Assembly: GCF_006345805.1 (NCBI RefSeq)
Contig: NC_043015.1
Coordinates: forward strand, 9,548,001-9,612,000
DNA from: Octopus sinensis
Taxonomy: Eukaryota
DNA: 64,000 nt
Direction of reading: 5' to 3'
Below, piece by piece: positions 38,871 through 52,790 of this stretch (within the stretch, counting starts at the first letter, position 1; the number at the start of each line of letters is the position of its first letter). The notes below the pieces were generated by a model. That model made no database searches. It was not told the DNA's origin and saw only the letters and a program-made list of their open reading frames with translations. The position numbers and the translations under genes were made by a program.

Positions 38871-40882
38871 TTCCCAATTTTTTATATATATATAGGCTGT
38901 ATGGTATATAATATATTCGGTGACATACCGTTACAATGGTGAACAATATTATAGATTATTTTGGATATTACTCATCCTATATCTTCTTCCACCAATGTTA
39001 ATTTCTTTGTACAATCAGATGTATATTTAAGGGTAGAAAATACTCATTATACTTTTGCAAAAATGTTAATAATTGCTATTTGTTTCGTGTTTATTGAGCC
39101 GAAGTGTATAATTATGCAAAATCATATATGCACATTGTAACACCATTTAAGTAATATTTGATTGTGGTGGAAAGCCATTCAAGTAGTTTTCATTTTGTAA
39201 ATTTTCCAGTAACAAATTGATTAAATGGAGGATGTGAAATTGAAAATCTGGATTTTAATTGCTATATTGTATATAGATATTAATATTCCTGTTCAGTATC
39301 TAACTGAAATATTTCTTCATTATATATATTAAAGCGAGCAATTGTCAGTGGCGAAATAAATGTATAATAAACGGCTGCTAAAAGAAAACGAGCTTCAGTT
39401 GGCTACAAAATATTAGGAAAAAAATATGAAAATATTTGAATTTTTTTTAGATTGTGAAACTTAATCTGTGAAGATGTTTAACACCGTTATTTTATGAAAA
39501 CACAACTTGGTTGTTGCTTGGATATGATACTCAGAAAATTGGCACTGTGTTTCTAGTGCACACACCATCTTTTTCATTTTTAAATAGGAGGCAGTTCTTC
39601 GGTGAAATTCGATGAAAAAGTTTAATAAGAGATGAATTCATATCACAGATATAAAGGTAAACAAAATACAGAAATTAATGCTATAGAGAGGAGCGTAGGA
39701 AAAAATTAGGAAATTTCAAATATCGTATATGAAAACGAAATATAATCGTAGAAAAGCGAAACCTAAAGGTATAAACGTACCGGCTCCATAACTGACTCTC
39801 AAACCCATACAGATTGCATGCAAAACAACACTTTCGTTTCTATGGGTTAAACAAGTTAATTATGAGGCAATAACATGGAATTAATTTAAATCATTCATCT
39901 GGCAATCATTGCATGCTACTAACTGGATTACGGAAAGAACATTCCAGCGCTTAACAGTTCAATTCATGTGAAAATGTGTAACAAAAAAAAAAGTGAAAAG
40001 CGGTAATTTTTCTTCTTCTTTAGCGCGTTTAGAAGAGAATGATTGCTGTGAAAATTCATAAAAATAAGATGAAAGCACTGAGGCATCTGAAAAAGTAATA
40101 CTTATTTTATTCAAGTGTAGTCCTTTTCCGTATCAATCAGCCCTACTTTCAATACACCAACAAGATACGCATTGCATCAAAGTACTTTGGAATCAACCCG
40201 TCGCATATAAAATATCGATTTGCTATTTTGATTAAACGTATGTGTCTGTGAAGATATTGGCTGCTGCATTTTGAGTATTTCTCAAATGTTCTTTGCTGCA
40301 ATACTTCTCTTGTTTTCCACATCTCACACAGGAAAAAAAATCCAAGCTATATCCTTTTAAGTGGTACATCATTACTGGTTGATGGATGGATCATTTGGTT
40401 TCATGGTTTCATTTACTTACTGTTATATTTTTTAGTGCTTTCTGAGCCATCTCTTTTATACATTTTCTCGTATGCATGCGTACATATACAAAAGATTATC
40501 CAGTCTTATATAATGGCACACATACGAAACATACACACACACATATTGCTTTACACAAAGCAAAATAAAATGAGATGCAAGGAGCTACTTGACACTCACT
40601 CAAAATTCTAACAAAAAACATATAATGTTAAATTATCGGTCGTTGAAGGAATTTACACTTGTCAATGCTAAAATTAATTTGCTGCAGAGACACATATCTT
40701 TTTGACATGACTGGTATAGTAATGACTTGTATTTAACTTCCAGCCATAGAACTAAAAAGCTATGATAATAGAATCAAATCATCATCTGGGCAAAAATAGC
40801 ACAATTATGATTTTCAGTTCAAACTACACCGAAAAGCGATCGTAATTATCTCTGCCTCTCACTTTCTCTCTCTCTTTCTATC

Positions 40883-40933
<51 letters not shown>

Positions 40934-40970
40934 CTTTCTTCCTCTGTAAGTATATATATATATATATATA

Positions 40971-41002
<32 letters not shown>

Positions 41003-41234
41003 TATATATATATATATTTATATAAACAATTGTTGTTACCTGATCAGCAATTGTTAAATATTTCAAATGTACGCGAAAAACGGAATGAGTTCAAAATCTT
41101 ATGTAAATTCTTCTGTTAATGCATCAGAACTTGACATTTAGATTTGAATCTATATTTGTTTTCGCATTTATATGGATCAATACTTCAATGAACGTCCTGA
41201 CAAACTGGGTATCGAAAAACTCGAATGGACACAC

Positions 41235-41292
41235 CTAATACGGAATTCGTTTCCAATTATACTAGTGACAACATGCCTAGTTTCATGGTCAT
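41235..41292 (-). CDS. Candidate 58-nt exon
   Basis: Acceptor cctccttgtacaagtacag, donor TAG|gtgtgt; single open frame (D)DHETRHVVTSIIGNEFRI. Confidence 0.25.
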
Positions 41293-42299
41293 CTGTACTT
41301 GTACAAGGAGGTGTGCATACATATGAGCAAGTTTCAATTCTCATATCCATCATATATGCGTATAAACACAAGCAAACCAAGAAATGCTTTGGCTCGCATA
41401 AAATGTAGGTATGCATTTGCTATCGACAGGCTTGGTGTAAACTATGGTAAATTTCAAAAATAATAATAATAATAAATAACTGCAGATACAATGTAAAGAT
41501 ATGTACGTGTGACAATATCTGCATATTTAGAGCATGTATTATCCATCAAGGAATAAGTCGTTTCAAGGCATACATCTAAAATTTAATATGCACTAATTTG
41601 AAATGAATTCATTAAAAGGTATACAGAATATATACTTAAAGGTTTCGGAATAAATTAAATGCACTTAAATTTGAATTATCTTCAGGCGTACATACGTAAT
41701 ATTAATATGAATTCGTTTATCTAAAATGGCAAGTGTGAACAATAGTGTCATAAATTATACTTCCAAGGAATAATCACAAACTGATTGCAATTCTATGGCG
41801 AAAATAATGTAAAGCTTCGCAAATTGATGTTTAGAGAAAAACAGGCTTTAGGAAATATACAATACACAATATTTTGTTTCAATCTTCTGCACTAGCTGCA
41901 TCAAAGAATCTTGTATTTATAGAGCGTGCAAAATATTCAAGCAAGTGCAATGCATGAGACACAACCAAGCATAAACACGTACGCACACGCACGCACACAC
42001 ACATACACGCAAAAACACGGTGGTAATAATATATACCATTTTCTTTTCTAATCGCAGACGGCTAGTTCAGTTTCCAGCGTCTGGCCTCAAGCTCCTATAC
42101 AAATTCGTCTGGATTACAGCGCGGATACCCTTAACATTGTGGTTTTAATTCTGGCTTTGGTTTTCCGATGTCTTACGTGCTGGAGATATGTTCATACAAC
42201 AGTGTCCTTGCACATACCTTTTTTCGCTATGTGGGTGTTCATGCTGCGCGCGCTAAAAATTCTCCTTCCAGAGTAAATGGGAATTCCTCAATCCTAGCC

Positions 42300-43060
42300 A
42301 TTATTAGTGATAATTAACTATCAAAAGAGCTAAACAATAGGTCTTCAGAGGAGAAACCAACCCTTAAGTACATTTTCGGCCTTTATCTTCTTACACTCTA
42401 AAGGGACCGGTGCCGCATACATGTCATAGCTCCTGAGTGCAATCAACTAACACGTTTATGCACTTAGACATCGAGACGTAGGCATTTAACTCGCTTAGGG
42501 ATGTCATTTTTTTTTAACTCGTCTCAACTGACTCAGCTTAATAAGAAATATTCGTGGTTGTCATGGTTATAGTGGTGAAACATCCACATTATCATAGTGA
42601 CTCAATGAGAGTTAATTCCCTTAAATTTGAAATACTAAAATATTACCTTGAAACGTTTTCGTGGTCCTGCTTGTTTCTCGTCGACCAGACCTAACTGACA
42701 ATTCTCTCCGCTGATCTTATATTGCATTTAGATTTTTGGTACTATTCTTTGAAGATACTAAGTGTAGTTTCATTAGATCGGAAACAGCTTTGCCCACAAA
42801 ATCTTTATCGCCAGCCTTTATGACGAGAAACTCGACCCGGAGGTCGGCTTCCTTCCAGCTGTTAACCCGACTGGCATAGTCTTTAATCTGGAGCAACTGA
42901 CCTTTTCAAAGTTTACTTTCAAACGCCTCAGTGAGATCAATCAATATAAGTTGATTTGATGAATTGTGATGAAGTATGATATCCAGCCTTAAGCCTCACT
43001 TCTTGATGAAGTGTACAGGCTTTTCATGAACACACTTATCTGGTTATTTTGTTGATCCTG
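42300..43060 (-). mobile_element. RTE-like LINE 3' remnant
   Basis: Minus frames contain QILY...GPRKRFK, typical of the RTE C-terminal region; heavily decayed. Confidence 0.5.
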
Positions 43061-43439
43061 GGAGGTCTGTTTTCTATTTCGTGGAATTTGAAGACAGTCG
43101 TGTTTCATTAAATATTAAACCAAAACGAATTATTTAATTCGGATCTTTTAAGTGGTGCTGTAGGTTAATGGTGTTGTAGAATCATGTAACTGGTGTTGTA
43201 GGTTAGACGAATTGTAAGAAAATAGTGGTAAAAGGGTTCAACTATGTTCGTTCTACTAGGGAAGATGCACAATAATGTATGACAAAACATTGCCCAAATT
43301 GCTTAGTGAAAACCTTATGGTACTAAATATGTAAGATTGGCCTCCTCCCCCTCCTCCTCCCCCTCTTCCTCATCCGTCTCGTTACCTTCTTCTATCTCAC
43401 AGTCAACTGTTAGCATCATTGATATGTTACTTTAAGTGA

Positions 43440-43570
43440 CAACATTGAAGGTGTTACAATTTTATTGAAAGTTTCTTTGCGTCGAATCCCGAAGAAAATT
43501 AAGCATGAGGGATAAAAAAATTGTGCAATAAAGGGAATTATGTTAAATACAATGAGGATACTTTTGACTT
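43440..43570 (+). mobile_element. Mariner 3' fragment
   Basis: FFASNPEE...GI-KL...GNYVK-like C-terminal motif. Confidence 0.5.
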
Positions 43571-43983
43571 GGCGTGGATCAAGCGTAATGTGAATGACTT
43601 AAATATACATATATGATTTGTGGTAGAAAATGCTTGAGTCAAGCATGCGAGATAAGCCATTAGAGAACTCACAGTAATCAACAACTTTTTCTAAATTATG
43701 ATACGGCTATTGTTCACAACAGGGCAAGTTCAACCTTTGTAAAGGTGTGTCTTTCAGTTGGAGGATTGAAAACGTCTGTCAAAAGACATCATACTCTGGC
43801 ACCTGTTCCCTCTGCCAACCTGCACAGGTGTACATTATGCAATAGAATGTGTAATTAATTTGCCGGGCTCAAGAGTCATACAAGGACTCCACATTTCACC
43901 ATAAATTACTCATTTCAATGATTTTTTTCTGTCAATGGTTTTGCTCGTATACCAGAAAGTAGCTACTACTATATATATACATA

Positions 43984-44049
<66 letters not shown>

Positions 44050-44825
44050 ATGCGAGAGGGAGAGAGAGAGAGAGAGAAGAAAGAGTATGCATGTGTTTGA
44101 GTGTATGCATGTATTAACGTGTGTGTATATGTGTATGTGAATTATAAGCTGTTCTGTCTGTCGAAATGCCTGCGCTGTTGGATGGTAAAAGGGAAACGGC
44201 CCCATGAAAGTGAAGCTTTCAAATACAACAGTCAAAACTAAATGTTTGATTACTGTGCTAACTGTGTTACACATGACATCTTGGTAGCTAGATTTAGGTG
44301 CATTAATACTAGAATATCCTGTGATTCCGGAAGCAAACGAAAAGAGTGTATTTTTATATATTTAGGATAACAGAAGCTTTTTCTGTTATGAGGAACAGGG
44401 AATAGAATTTAACGTGTAATAGAATGTACCTTGACTGTTTTAATCGTCATAAAGGAAGCCATAATATTTTACTGTTTGTACGAGTAATGATGGTAAAATA
44501 CCTATAATATGGGTTGTAGTAGATGGAATATTCCAACTTAATATCAGCTTTGATGTGTTCGGAAAATAAATGACATTGAAAATCGTATAGGTTTTTGTGA
44601 TCCCCGTTTGAGACCTAATGACGGGGGTTTTGCTCCACATAAAATATATTTATGTGTATAAGAGATTTCGCAAGTGTCTATCTCGTAAAAGCTATGTAAA
44701 GTCGGTTGCTATAGTAGTAAAATCTAGTTAAATTGGTGGAAGTTGAGTATTTTACAGCGTCACCTTCAAGCATCCGCCTGATATTCTACATATATATATA
44801 TATATATATGTACATGTATATGTAT

Positions 44826-44923
<98 letters not shown>

Positions 44924-45327
44924 TACCCACCAAAATTCCAAACCTTATGCAGAATTTTTGTATTCAGTATCGTTTCCTGTGCGGGAATATCAAATAAATA
45001 TTAATAAAATATAATTGCAACTGAAATTTTTGAAAAAACCATTCCATTTGTTACCGTTTTTTTAAAAATTATTCCGGCATGGACATTAATGTGTCAACAA
45101 TTACGAATCGGCCCACGCCACTATATTTTTCCTACGCAATCATTAGATAAGAACCTTCATAAATTTTAGTGAAAATGCATATTGCTTTCATGTCACGAAT
45201 ACCATATAAAATGTGAGAAAAACCTTTTTTAAATTTAATTAAAAGCTAGTATATTACAATAAAATGTGTCATATGTTAATGATCAAACGATAATGGTATT
45301 TCAAATTGGAATTAAATCGGCCAAAAT

Positions 45328-45600
45328 TCAAATTTCGTGAGTAATGGATATGTACCTCTGTGTATATGTTATCGATATATACAAAAACGGAGCTCGTTTT
45401 GTCTCATTGCAAGATAATCGTACGTTCTTTATGTTCCTCATTAATTTTGAGTGAGTAGGAGACACAACTGCAACAAACGTATTTACATAATTTTCAGTCG
45501 GTTTAATTATGTTTGTATCCGCTTTTATAACAGGATCATGCATGTAACAAACGTTTAAATTTGCAGGAACGTTTGATAATCTCATTGGTAGGCGTTCCAT
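45328..45600 (-). CDS. Orphan 90-aa ORF, candidate first coding exon (possible donor AAC|gtacga ending the exon at 45424)
   Basis: True ATG start, non-repetitive protein-like composition (MERLPMRLSNVPANLNVCYMHDPVIKAD...) in AT-rich DNA; no family recognised. Confidence 0.3.
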   Translation of the reverse strand: MERLPMRLSNVPANLNVCYMHDPVIKADTNIIKPTENYVNTFVAVVSPTHSKLMRNIKNVRLSCNETKRAPFLYISITYTQRYISITHEI

Positions 45601-45949
45601 ATTTATTTATTTAAAATTGTCTCAGATGTAGCAAGTTTTATGAACCACAGTTTTTTATGTATTTTCGCCACCATCGCTCCAATCAAAACATTGCATGTGA
45701 TTCAAGTGGATGTAAGACATCAATAACTTCCAATATACCGTAAATTAGGGGTTATCTTTTCGATTACTGTCAAAATATAATAACATATATAGAACCGTGT
45801 TGGGGGTAAGGCTAAAACTGTTTGGAAGGCTCTTTATATGCTATAAATATTTCATATACTTTCACATGCAGAAACGTTTGATAAACAAGCTCTAGTTTGT
45901 TCTATATTATTATCTTGTCTGGCAATCTAAACGTACGCTCATAAATATA

Positions 45950-46018
<69 letters not shown>

Positions 46019-46769
46019 GCAATATAATCAATGGTTATTGATCTGTCTGAAATATCTATTTAGTAGTTATATTTTTTACATAATACATCTATAAAAAGTG
46101 CAACCATGACAGTTTCCCTCGATATATTGCATCTAACGAAATTCTGTTTGTCGTAGAGTTGCATATGCAATATTCTCAACGCACCGTCAAGCTTATAGAT
46201 TAACGAAAATCTTCTCATGTGCCTTTGATAGATGAACAGTGATTTATTGTGAGTAGGATTCGTTGTTCAAATACAAATATCGGGAAAATATGACTGCCTG
46301 AACTATAACGTATATCGGAACGTTGAGCAGCGTCTATTTAATATGCATTACTCTCTCCTGAATTATTTACTTCTAATGTTATTATTGATATACATACACA
46401 ACGTCACAACCGCCTCTGTTGCTTGTTATATACATTGCACTTTTACAACTTTCAAATAAATTAGAATATGATTCACCGAAAAAGTCTAGTAAAACCATTG
46501 CTTGAACATTGCTGTCACCAATTTACCAAATGATATAGTGGTTAAATAGTTTTCTTATTTTTGCTTTTTTTTTAAATGTATCCATCTCAATAGGGATATA
46601 ATATGAAACTATTGATGGATTATTTCAACTGTCAATTTTATTTACTTCACTGATATTCCAGTTAAACACACTGTAGATATGAGTAACAAACAGAAATGCT
46701 AGCACTGCTCGAACACTCCATTACTTTATGACCTTATCTTTCCTGCTTGCTTGCTGAATGGCAAAGCTC

Positions 46770-48430
46770 TTATTTACTCCTAGATATTTATAAATTTGTT
46801 ATTGCTCATATTCTTTATAACTGTGTCAACATCCAACACATGTGAATTTGTGGTCTTCAGTTTCCCTTTCTGGAATGTTGCCTTGGTATATTTATCAGTT
46901 GTAAGCTTCATCTCGATGTCATTGCGGAAGACTTTCACAGTACGGAATAGGCCTCCATGAGTCACCTTGGAAAGTTCCACAGTTGGTGTTTCTTATTATT
47001 TGAAGCTAGAAATCAATTAGGATGATATACGTGAAAATTCATAATACTCAACATCATATACTTGAAGAAGTGAGAAATTATACGACTCATATTGAATATG
47101 TAGAGCCGATTTCAATATCGATGAATGCGCTGTCCTGTTTTGTAACCAATCCATGCGGTTCGGAAATAATATTTATGTGCTTTTGACAGTTCTCAAGGAT
47201 CATGAAATCAATTAGGAGTTGATCTTTGCATCGATATGAAAAACATATCGTTCTCTTTAACAAATGCACATTTTCTCAACAGAGATATATGTTTGAAATT
47301 TTATAAGTGATGGCTAAACAAGTAATGACTTCTTTCACTTTGGCTTCGTTCCTCTTTGGGAGTAGGTAAGTAATGCCACTTGCTAATCAGTCAGGATTTT
47401 CTTAGGTTCTCACTTAATTTCTCTTCGTTGAAGAGCTAAACTAACTTTCGATGTTTACCCGGGTGTAATGAGAACCAGAAATTTGAAACCCTATCTTTAC
47501 CAGGGTTTTCCGTTTGTGGCCTTTCCTTGGTGTCAAGGTTAGTTCCAATATTGTCCTGTCTTTCCATGCTCGTTTTTGTAATCTTTGGTAGGATTCTTCT
47601 GCGCGTCTTATCCAATCTTCATTGTCATTTTACCTCTTCTCATCAACATTTTACGTGGGAATGATGTCTTCAACGATTATTTTCTCCTTTCCTATTCTTA
47701 TGTAGGATATTTTCAGATTGGATCCAACAGTCTCTGTTACTTATGAAACGTGTTTCTCTTTTTAAATCGTCGTATTCTTTGAACTTTTGCTTGGACTGTT
47801 CGTTTCAGTGTTTCTTTTATTCATATCAGTTCCTCACTTGGTCAGAATACTGTTTTCTCTTCATCATTCTTCCTTTTAAAAGACTTAATATTGATATTCC
47901 TCTGTCATTAATTCAATCACTTTTTCAATTTTATTTCTCAAAATTTCTATCTCTTCCCAGGTATGGTTGTCTTTAATTCTTATATGGTTTCTTTTGTTAC
48001 ATAGTTGCCAATTTTATAATTATTTTCTTTTTCTTTTTGTACTCCAGAATTTATGGAGTAGTTCTCTTTTATTCATAATTAAACCTCTTACAACTACGAG
48101 CATATTCAGAAATATCTGATTTATTTACATCATAGACACCCTTTACCCTTCAACAAATGTTGAGTTTTAAAATGCTTGTGCTCTATCACTTTTATGGTTA
48201 TCTTTATCAGGTTCATCAGAATCCCATATGTTCCCAAGCTTTTGCATGATTTTGTTTAGATGGTAAGCTTTGAATTACATTCTTGGTGGGTTGATCTCTT
48301 CATCTAATTCATCCTTCTCTTCCAGTCTTATACATCTTATTTATTACTCCTTTTTTGCAGCGTGCTTGAGTGTGCATATTTCACTATTTGCGAGTCTATT
48401 CTTTCTAAACACATCCATTCCAGTATTTCA
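46770..48430 (-). mobile_element. Degenerate R4-like LINE fragment (pre-RT and RT region)
   Basis: CKDQLLIDFMILENC (47087..47269) and LFRTVKVFRNDIEMK...DK..KATFQKGKL (46780..46980) parallel the 28020-30440 element. Confidence 0.7.
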
Positions 48431-49042
48431 TAACTTGTTTTCACCCAAATAGGGTCTGCAGTCTGGAAGATGCATCCTCCATATTTTGTAAGCGACTGCA
48501 GTGTCTCACACTTGAAATGGCCTACAATATGTATAGAAATATTCGTATATAACTTTCTAAACTATTTCTGGGTTCAATTGATTCGCTTACATTTTTCTCT
48601 CTGCGGTATGTGTGGTGATAAAACTGGAGGGCTCAAATTGCGTTAGATGCCGTTTCAGTTACAATTATGGTCTTTCTTCGGAGAGGTGATTGTGCAAGTA
48701 GATGACTTTTCAATCACCAGCCATAATGCATGAGCCTCCAGATTAACCATAGGTCGAGCGATTTAGTGTACAACTTGAACTTTACTTTTGTTTAATGAAA
48801 TATATACATGTTACATTACCATAAATGTTACGTGACATGAACAGTTGCGTAACCATTGATTTTCCTGTTATATTGTTCCAATATATATACATATATATAT
48901 ATATGACGTCTTGGTATCTAAAAGACCCAAAGTGTGGCAGGTAACGGTAAGTAAGTTCTATGGACAGACCTTAGTTAAAAGCTTCAGTCGATAGTTATAT
49001 GAATGAAGAGTCTAATGTAGGTCTTCTATGAGCATACATGCA

Positions 49043-49128
<86 letters not shown>

Positions 49129-49206
49129 TTAGACAAAACGAGATTGTAAAGTTAAGGCTGTGAGGAGTTTTCAGGACATTTATAAGGAATAATATATAGA
49201 TATAAT

Positions 49207-49251
49207 CCTTCAGCTGTTTCTGGGATATTATGGATATCCCTTCATCAGAGG
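49207..49251 (-). ncRNA. Hammerhead motif of a second PLE terminus family (degenerate)
   Basis: CCT-CTGATGA-A-GGGATAT(ccata)ATATCCC-A-GAAA-CAGCTG-A-AGG: perfect 7-bp helix II, palindromic helix III, but U16.1 missing; an intact GAAACAGCTGTAAG half occurs at 13318-13331. Confidence 0.5.
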
Positions 49252-49786
49252 CAATGTGAGAGGGTTAAGTAGGGGTAAATAGTTCATTCCGAAATAAGGA
49301 ATTATCATGGAAAGGAGGAGATAAGGAATATAAAGAGAAATAATAGAATGAATGTAGCGATAAAACACAAAATATATGAAGATTGTGTAGTTTCAGTTCC
49401 ACTATTTGAGGAACGAAGTGTATAGAAATGGTAAAAAATGTCCTGTGTATGATATGTAAGTTCCGAAAGTAATTCATCTTTAGTCATTTCAAAGTATGGA
49501 GCCGTGGATTTTTTGCCGTTCATTCGAAAGTGCATTGTGGTCTGAATAAAAAATTGGAGAATGTATTGCTAGTATTTGTGGATAGCGGCGTGGAGAGATG
49601 GTGGAGGTGGAATATATATATACATCTATATATAAACATATATATAAATGTATATATTTATACATATATAAATGTATATATTTATACATATATAAATGTA
49701 TATATATATATATATATACATATATATGTATGTACGTTTAAATGTATATATATATATATATATTATATATATACATAGAAACATAT

Positions 49787-49952
49787 AGGCGCAGGAGTGG
49801 CTGTGTGGTAAGTAGCTTGCTAACCAACCACATGGTTCCGGGTTCAGTCCCACTGCGTGGCATCTTGGGCAAGTGTCTTCTGCTATAGACCCGGGGCGAC
49901 CAGTGCCTTGTGAGTGGATTTGGTAGACGGAAACTGAAAGAAGCCTGTCGTA

Positions 49953-50051
<99 letters not shown>

Positions 50052-50266
50052 TGTGTCTGTGTTTGTCCCCCTAGCATTGCTTGACAACCGATGATGGTTT
50101 GTCTACGTCCCCGCCACTTAGCGGTTCGGCAAAAGAGACCGATAGAATAAGTACTGGGCTTACAAATAATAAGTTCCGGGGTCGATTTGATCGACTAAAG
50201 GCGGTGCTCCAGCATGGCCGCAGTCAAATGACTGAAACAAGTAAAAGAGTAAAAGAGAGTAAAGAG
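49787..50266 (+). mobile_element. tRNA-derived SINE family B
   Basis: A/B-box head, internal (AT)n(GT)n, tail ending (GTAAAAGA)n. Confidence 0.95.
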
Positions 50267-50624
50267 TATATACATAGAAACATATACATACATGCATAGA
50301 GATATACATAGTTATATATACCTACACTTCTGTATGTGTTTGCTCACATATTTTTCGCAGATGCCTAGCGATGAAGTGTAAACCTCGTCTATGACCTGAG
50401 GTATTTCAACTTTTCATATGTATAGATCGATTAGCTCAGTAATTGTAAACAACTGTACTTTCCTCAGTACGTGTGTCATAAAGTAAGCAAAATTGAAAAT
50501 CATGATACCATTCATATACACCCTCGGTAATTACATACATTGATGTTTCAGCTATATATATATATGTAATCGTAATTGCATTTGTAACATCCATATGAAC
50601 ACACGACTATATATGAACTTTTAC

Positions 50625-51015
50625 GTGGAGGTGCAATGGCCCAGTGGTTAGGGCAGCGGACTCACGGTCGTAGGATCGCGGTTTCGATTCCCAGACCGGG
50701 CGTTGTGAGTGTTTATTGAGCGAAAACACCTAAAGCTCCACGAGGTTCCGGCAACGGGTGGTGGTGATCCCTGCTCTACTATTTCACCACAACTTTCTCT
50801 CACTCTTACTTCCTGTTTCTGCTGTACCTGTATTTCAAGAGGCCGGCCTTGTCACTCTCTGTGTCACGCTGAATATCTCCGAGAACTGCGTTAAGGGTAC
50901 ACGTGTCTGTGGAGTGCACAGCCACTTACACGTTAATTTCATGAGCAGGCTGTTCCGTTGATCGGATCAACCGGAACCCTCGTCGTCGTAACCGACGGAG
51001 TGCTTCCATCCATCC
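50625..51015 (+). mobile_element. tRNA-derived SINE family A with 12-bp target-site duplication
   Basis: ATGAACTTTTAC flanks the element at 50613-50624 and 51016-51027. Confidence 0.95.
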
Positions 51016-51310
51016 ATGAACTTTTACATTATTATAATGGTTATTCTATTATTCATACTTTATATAAATAAAAGCCTAGCGTACTTGTAAGATTATCCAA
51101 GATGAAGACTATTCTAATAGTAAACAATTTGCTGACATTTAAATAACTTAAAGCAACCTGAATTTTGATGATATTTCGGATAAGAAATACCAAGTGTCAT
51201 AACCATACACCGTAGACTGCATCATATGTTACATCATACCCCTGCTTGCCAATCGTCAGCCGCTTATTGTGATTATGTTTCTGGTTTGTTTTTTCTTTTT
51301 TCTTATTTAG

Positions 51311-51334
51311 ATAAATCTAGAACTGCTAAATGTG
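51311..51334 (+). CDS. Candidate 24-nt symmetric micro-exon
   Basis: ~30-nt polypyrimidine tract ending ttcttatttag, donor GTG|gtaagt; reads (D)KSRTAKC or INLELLNV. Confidence 0.5.
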
Positions 51335-51631
51335 GTAAGTGTTTCTATACGTCAGCATAGCACCTGTCATACATGCAAATGATTACTGTATTGTGATTCA
51401 GCGTATATGAAATTGTTTCTTTCTTCAACAGCTCTGCAACTAAATATTCTCTAATTCACAGGAAACCTCCAAATATTCTTTATCGCCATACTATTTCGAT
51501 GATTTCACAATTGATCAATAAATTCATCTCAGCTTGTTTACATATTTTGCTACAAATAATATTTAAATAGCACTCTGAATTCCGTGACCGTCTGTAAATC
51601 ACAAAGGAAAAAACAGATTTTTTATCCTTAG

Positions 51632-51649
51632 ACACCACGAAAAAACCTG
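51632..51649 (+). CDS. Candidate 18-nt symmetric micro-exon
   Basis: Acceptor ttttttatccttag, donor CTG|gtgagt; reads (D)TTKKP in phase 1. Confidence 0.45.
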
Positions 51650-51718
51650 GTGAGTTCGTTAGGAATACATTTGAACATGTGTGTAATCTATCAACTTTTG
51701 CCAATGCTTTATTTTCAG

Positions 51719-51781
51719 ACACTCGCTACGGTCTCGATTACCCAACTTCGTCATTTCTTTCCCGTGTAATCGAGTGTTTCA
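51719..51781 (+). CDS. Candidate 63-nt symmetric exon
   Basis: Acceptor tgctttattttcag after a 69-nt intron, donor TCA|gtaaat; (D)TRYGLDYPTSSFLSRVIECF in phase 1. Confidence 0.4.
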
Positions 51782-52640
51782 GTAAATATATATTCGTAAA
51801 CAGCATTAAATGAATAGCATGTCAGATTAATTGTATACAGTGTCAAATTTCCTTGATTTATCTCAACCAATAATACGAATACCAGTTGATGATTATCTCT
51901 TAATTCCGTAATATTATCGTCTTTCATATATTCACTATCGTGTTCCCCGTATTAAATATGCTTTGTATGCATTATATGCGATTGTCTCTATGAATAATTA
52001 TTTACTGACTCCAGGATTAATGTTTCATAATTAATCCGTCCGCTGTTCATAAACTGAAGCTCTACTAGGGAGGCATATCGAATTAAAATGCGTATAACTT
52101 CTCAAAACGTCCTCTAAATCATGGCATACTGCCAGTGCTAGGAATCAATAATTATGACAGACTGCAAACCCATTCAGTTTAGCGTATGGAGTAATTTAAA
52201 TGTTAATACCACATATTATCACAGGTTTGTGATATTTCTTCATTTTTGAGGGCATCTCGTTTGCAGGTAGAAATCTTCCTATGAACAGGTTGAATCTCGC
52301 CGTCGACAATTTTGTAGATTTATGGACATGCAATAAATTTAATATGGATATAATTATGTACTATTTGGAGCATAAATAAAGCATTTGTATGTCAATTAAA
52401 AGATTTGTATGTAGATTAAAATGTAGATTAAAACATCCTTAGATTTATTTTCGCAAACAAATTCTCTCTTGAATAGTAAATATTACAGTCAATAGAATTT
52501 TCTTTGTAAATGTATTCAAACTAATAACCCACGATGTTTGCAAATTGTAAAAATATGGAAATGATAATGTTGTACAGTGAATGCTTCTATTTTCTGCGTA
52601 TTATTTTCTTAACAAATAAATTCTATTTACAAATTAACAG

Positions 52641-52790
52641 CCATTCGCTTGTTCAGAACTGTCATCCTGTGCATCAAAAGAATGTAATTCAATACACAAG
52701 AACTTGGGAATTGAAACAACATTTAGTGCTAATCAGAAACACAATTTACATTTAAGAAAATTACCAATCAATAACAGTCAACGAAAACAG
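52641..52790 (+). CDS. Candidate 150-nt exon
   Basis: Acceptor ...ttacaaattaacag, donor CAG|gtaatt; fully open in phase 0 (PFACSELSSC...NNSQRKQ), or terminates as IRLFRTVILCIKRM* in phase 1. Confidence 0.3.
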
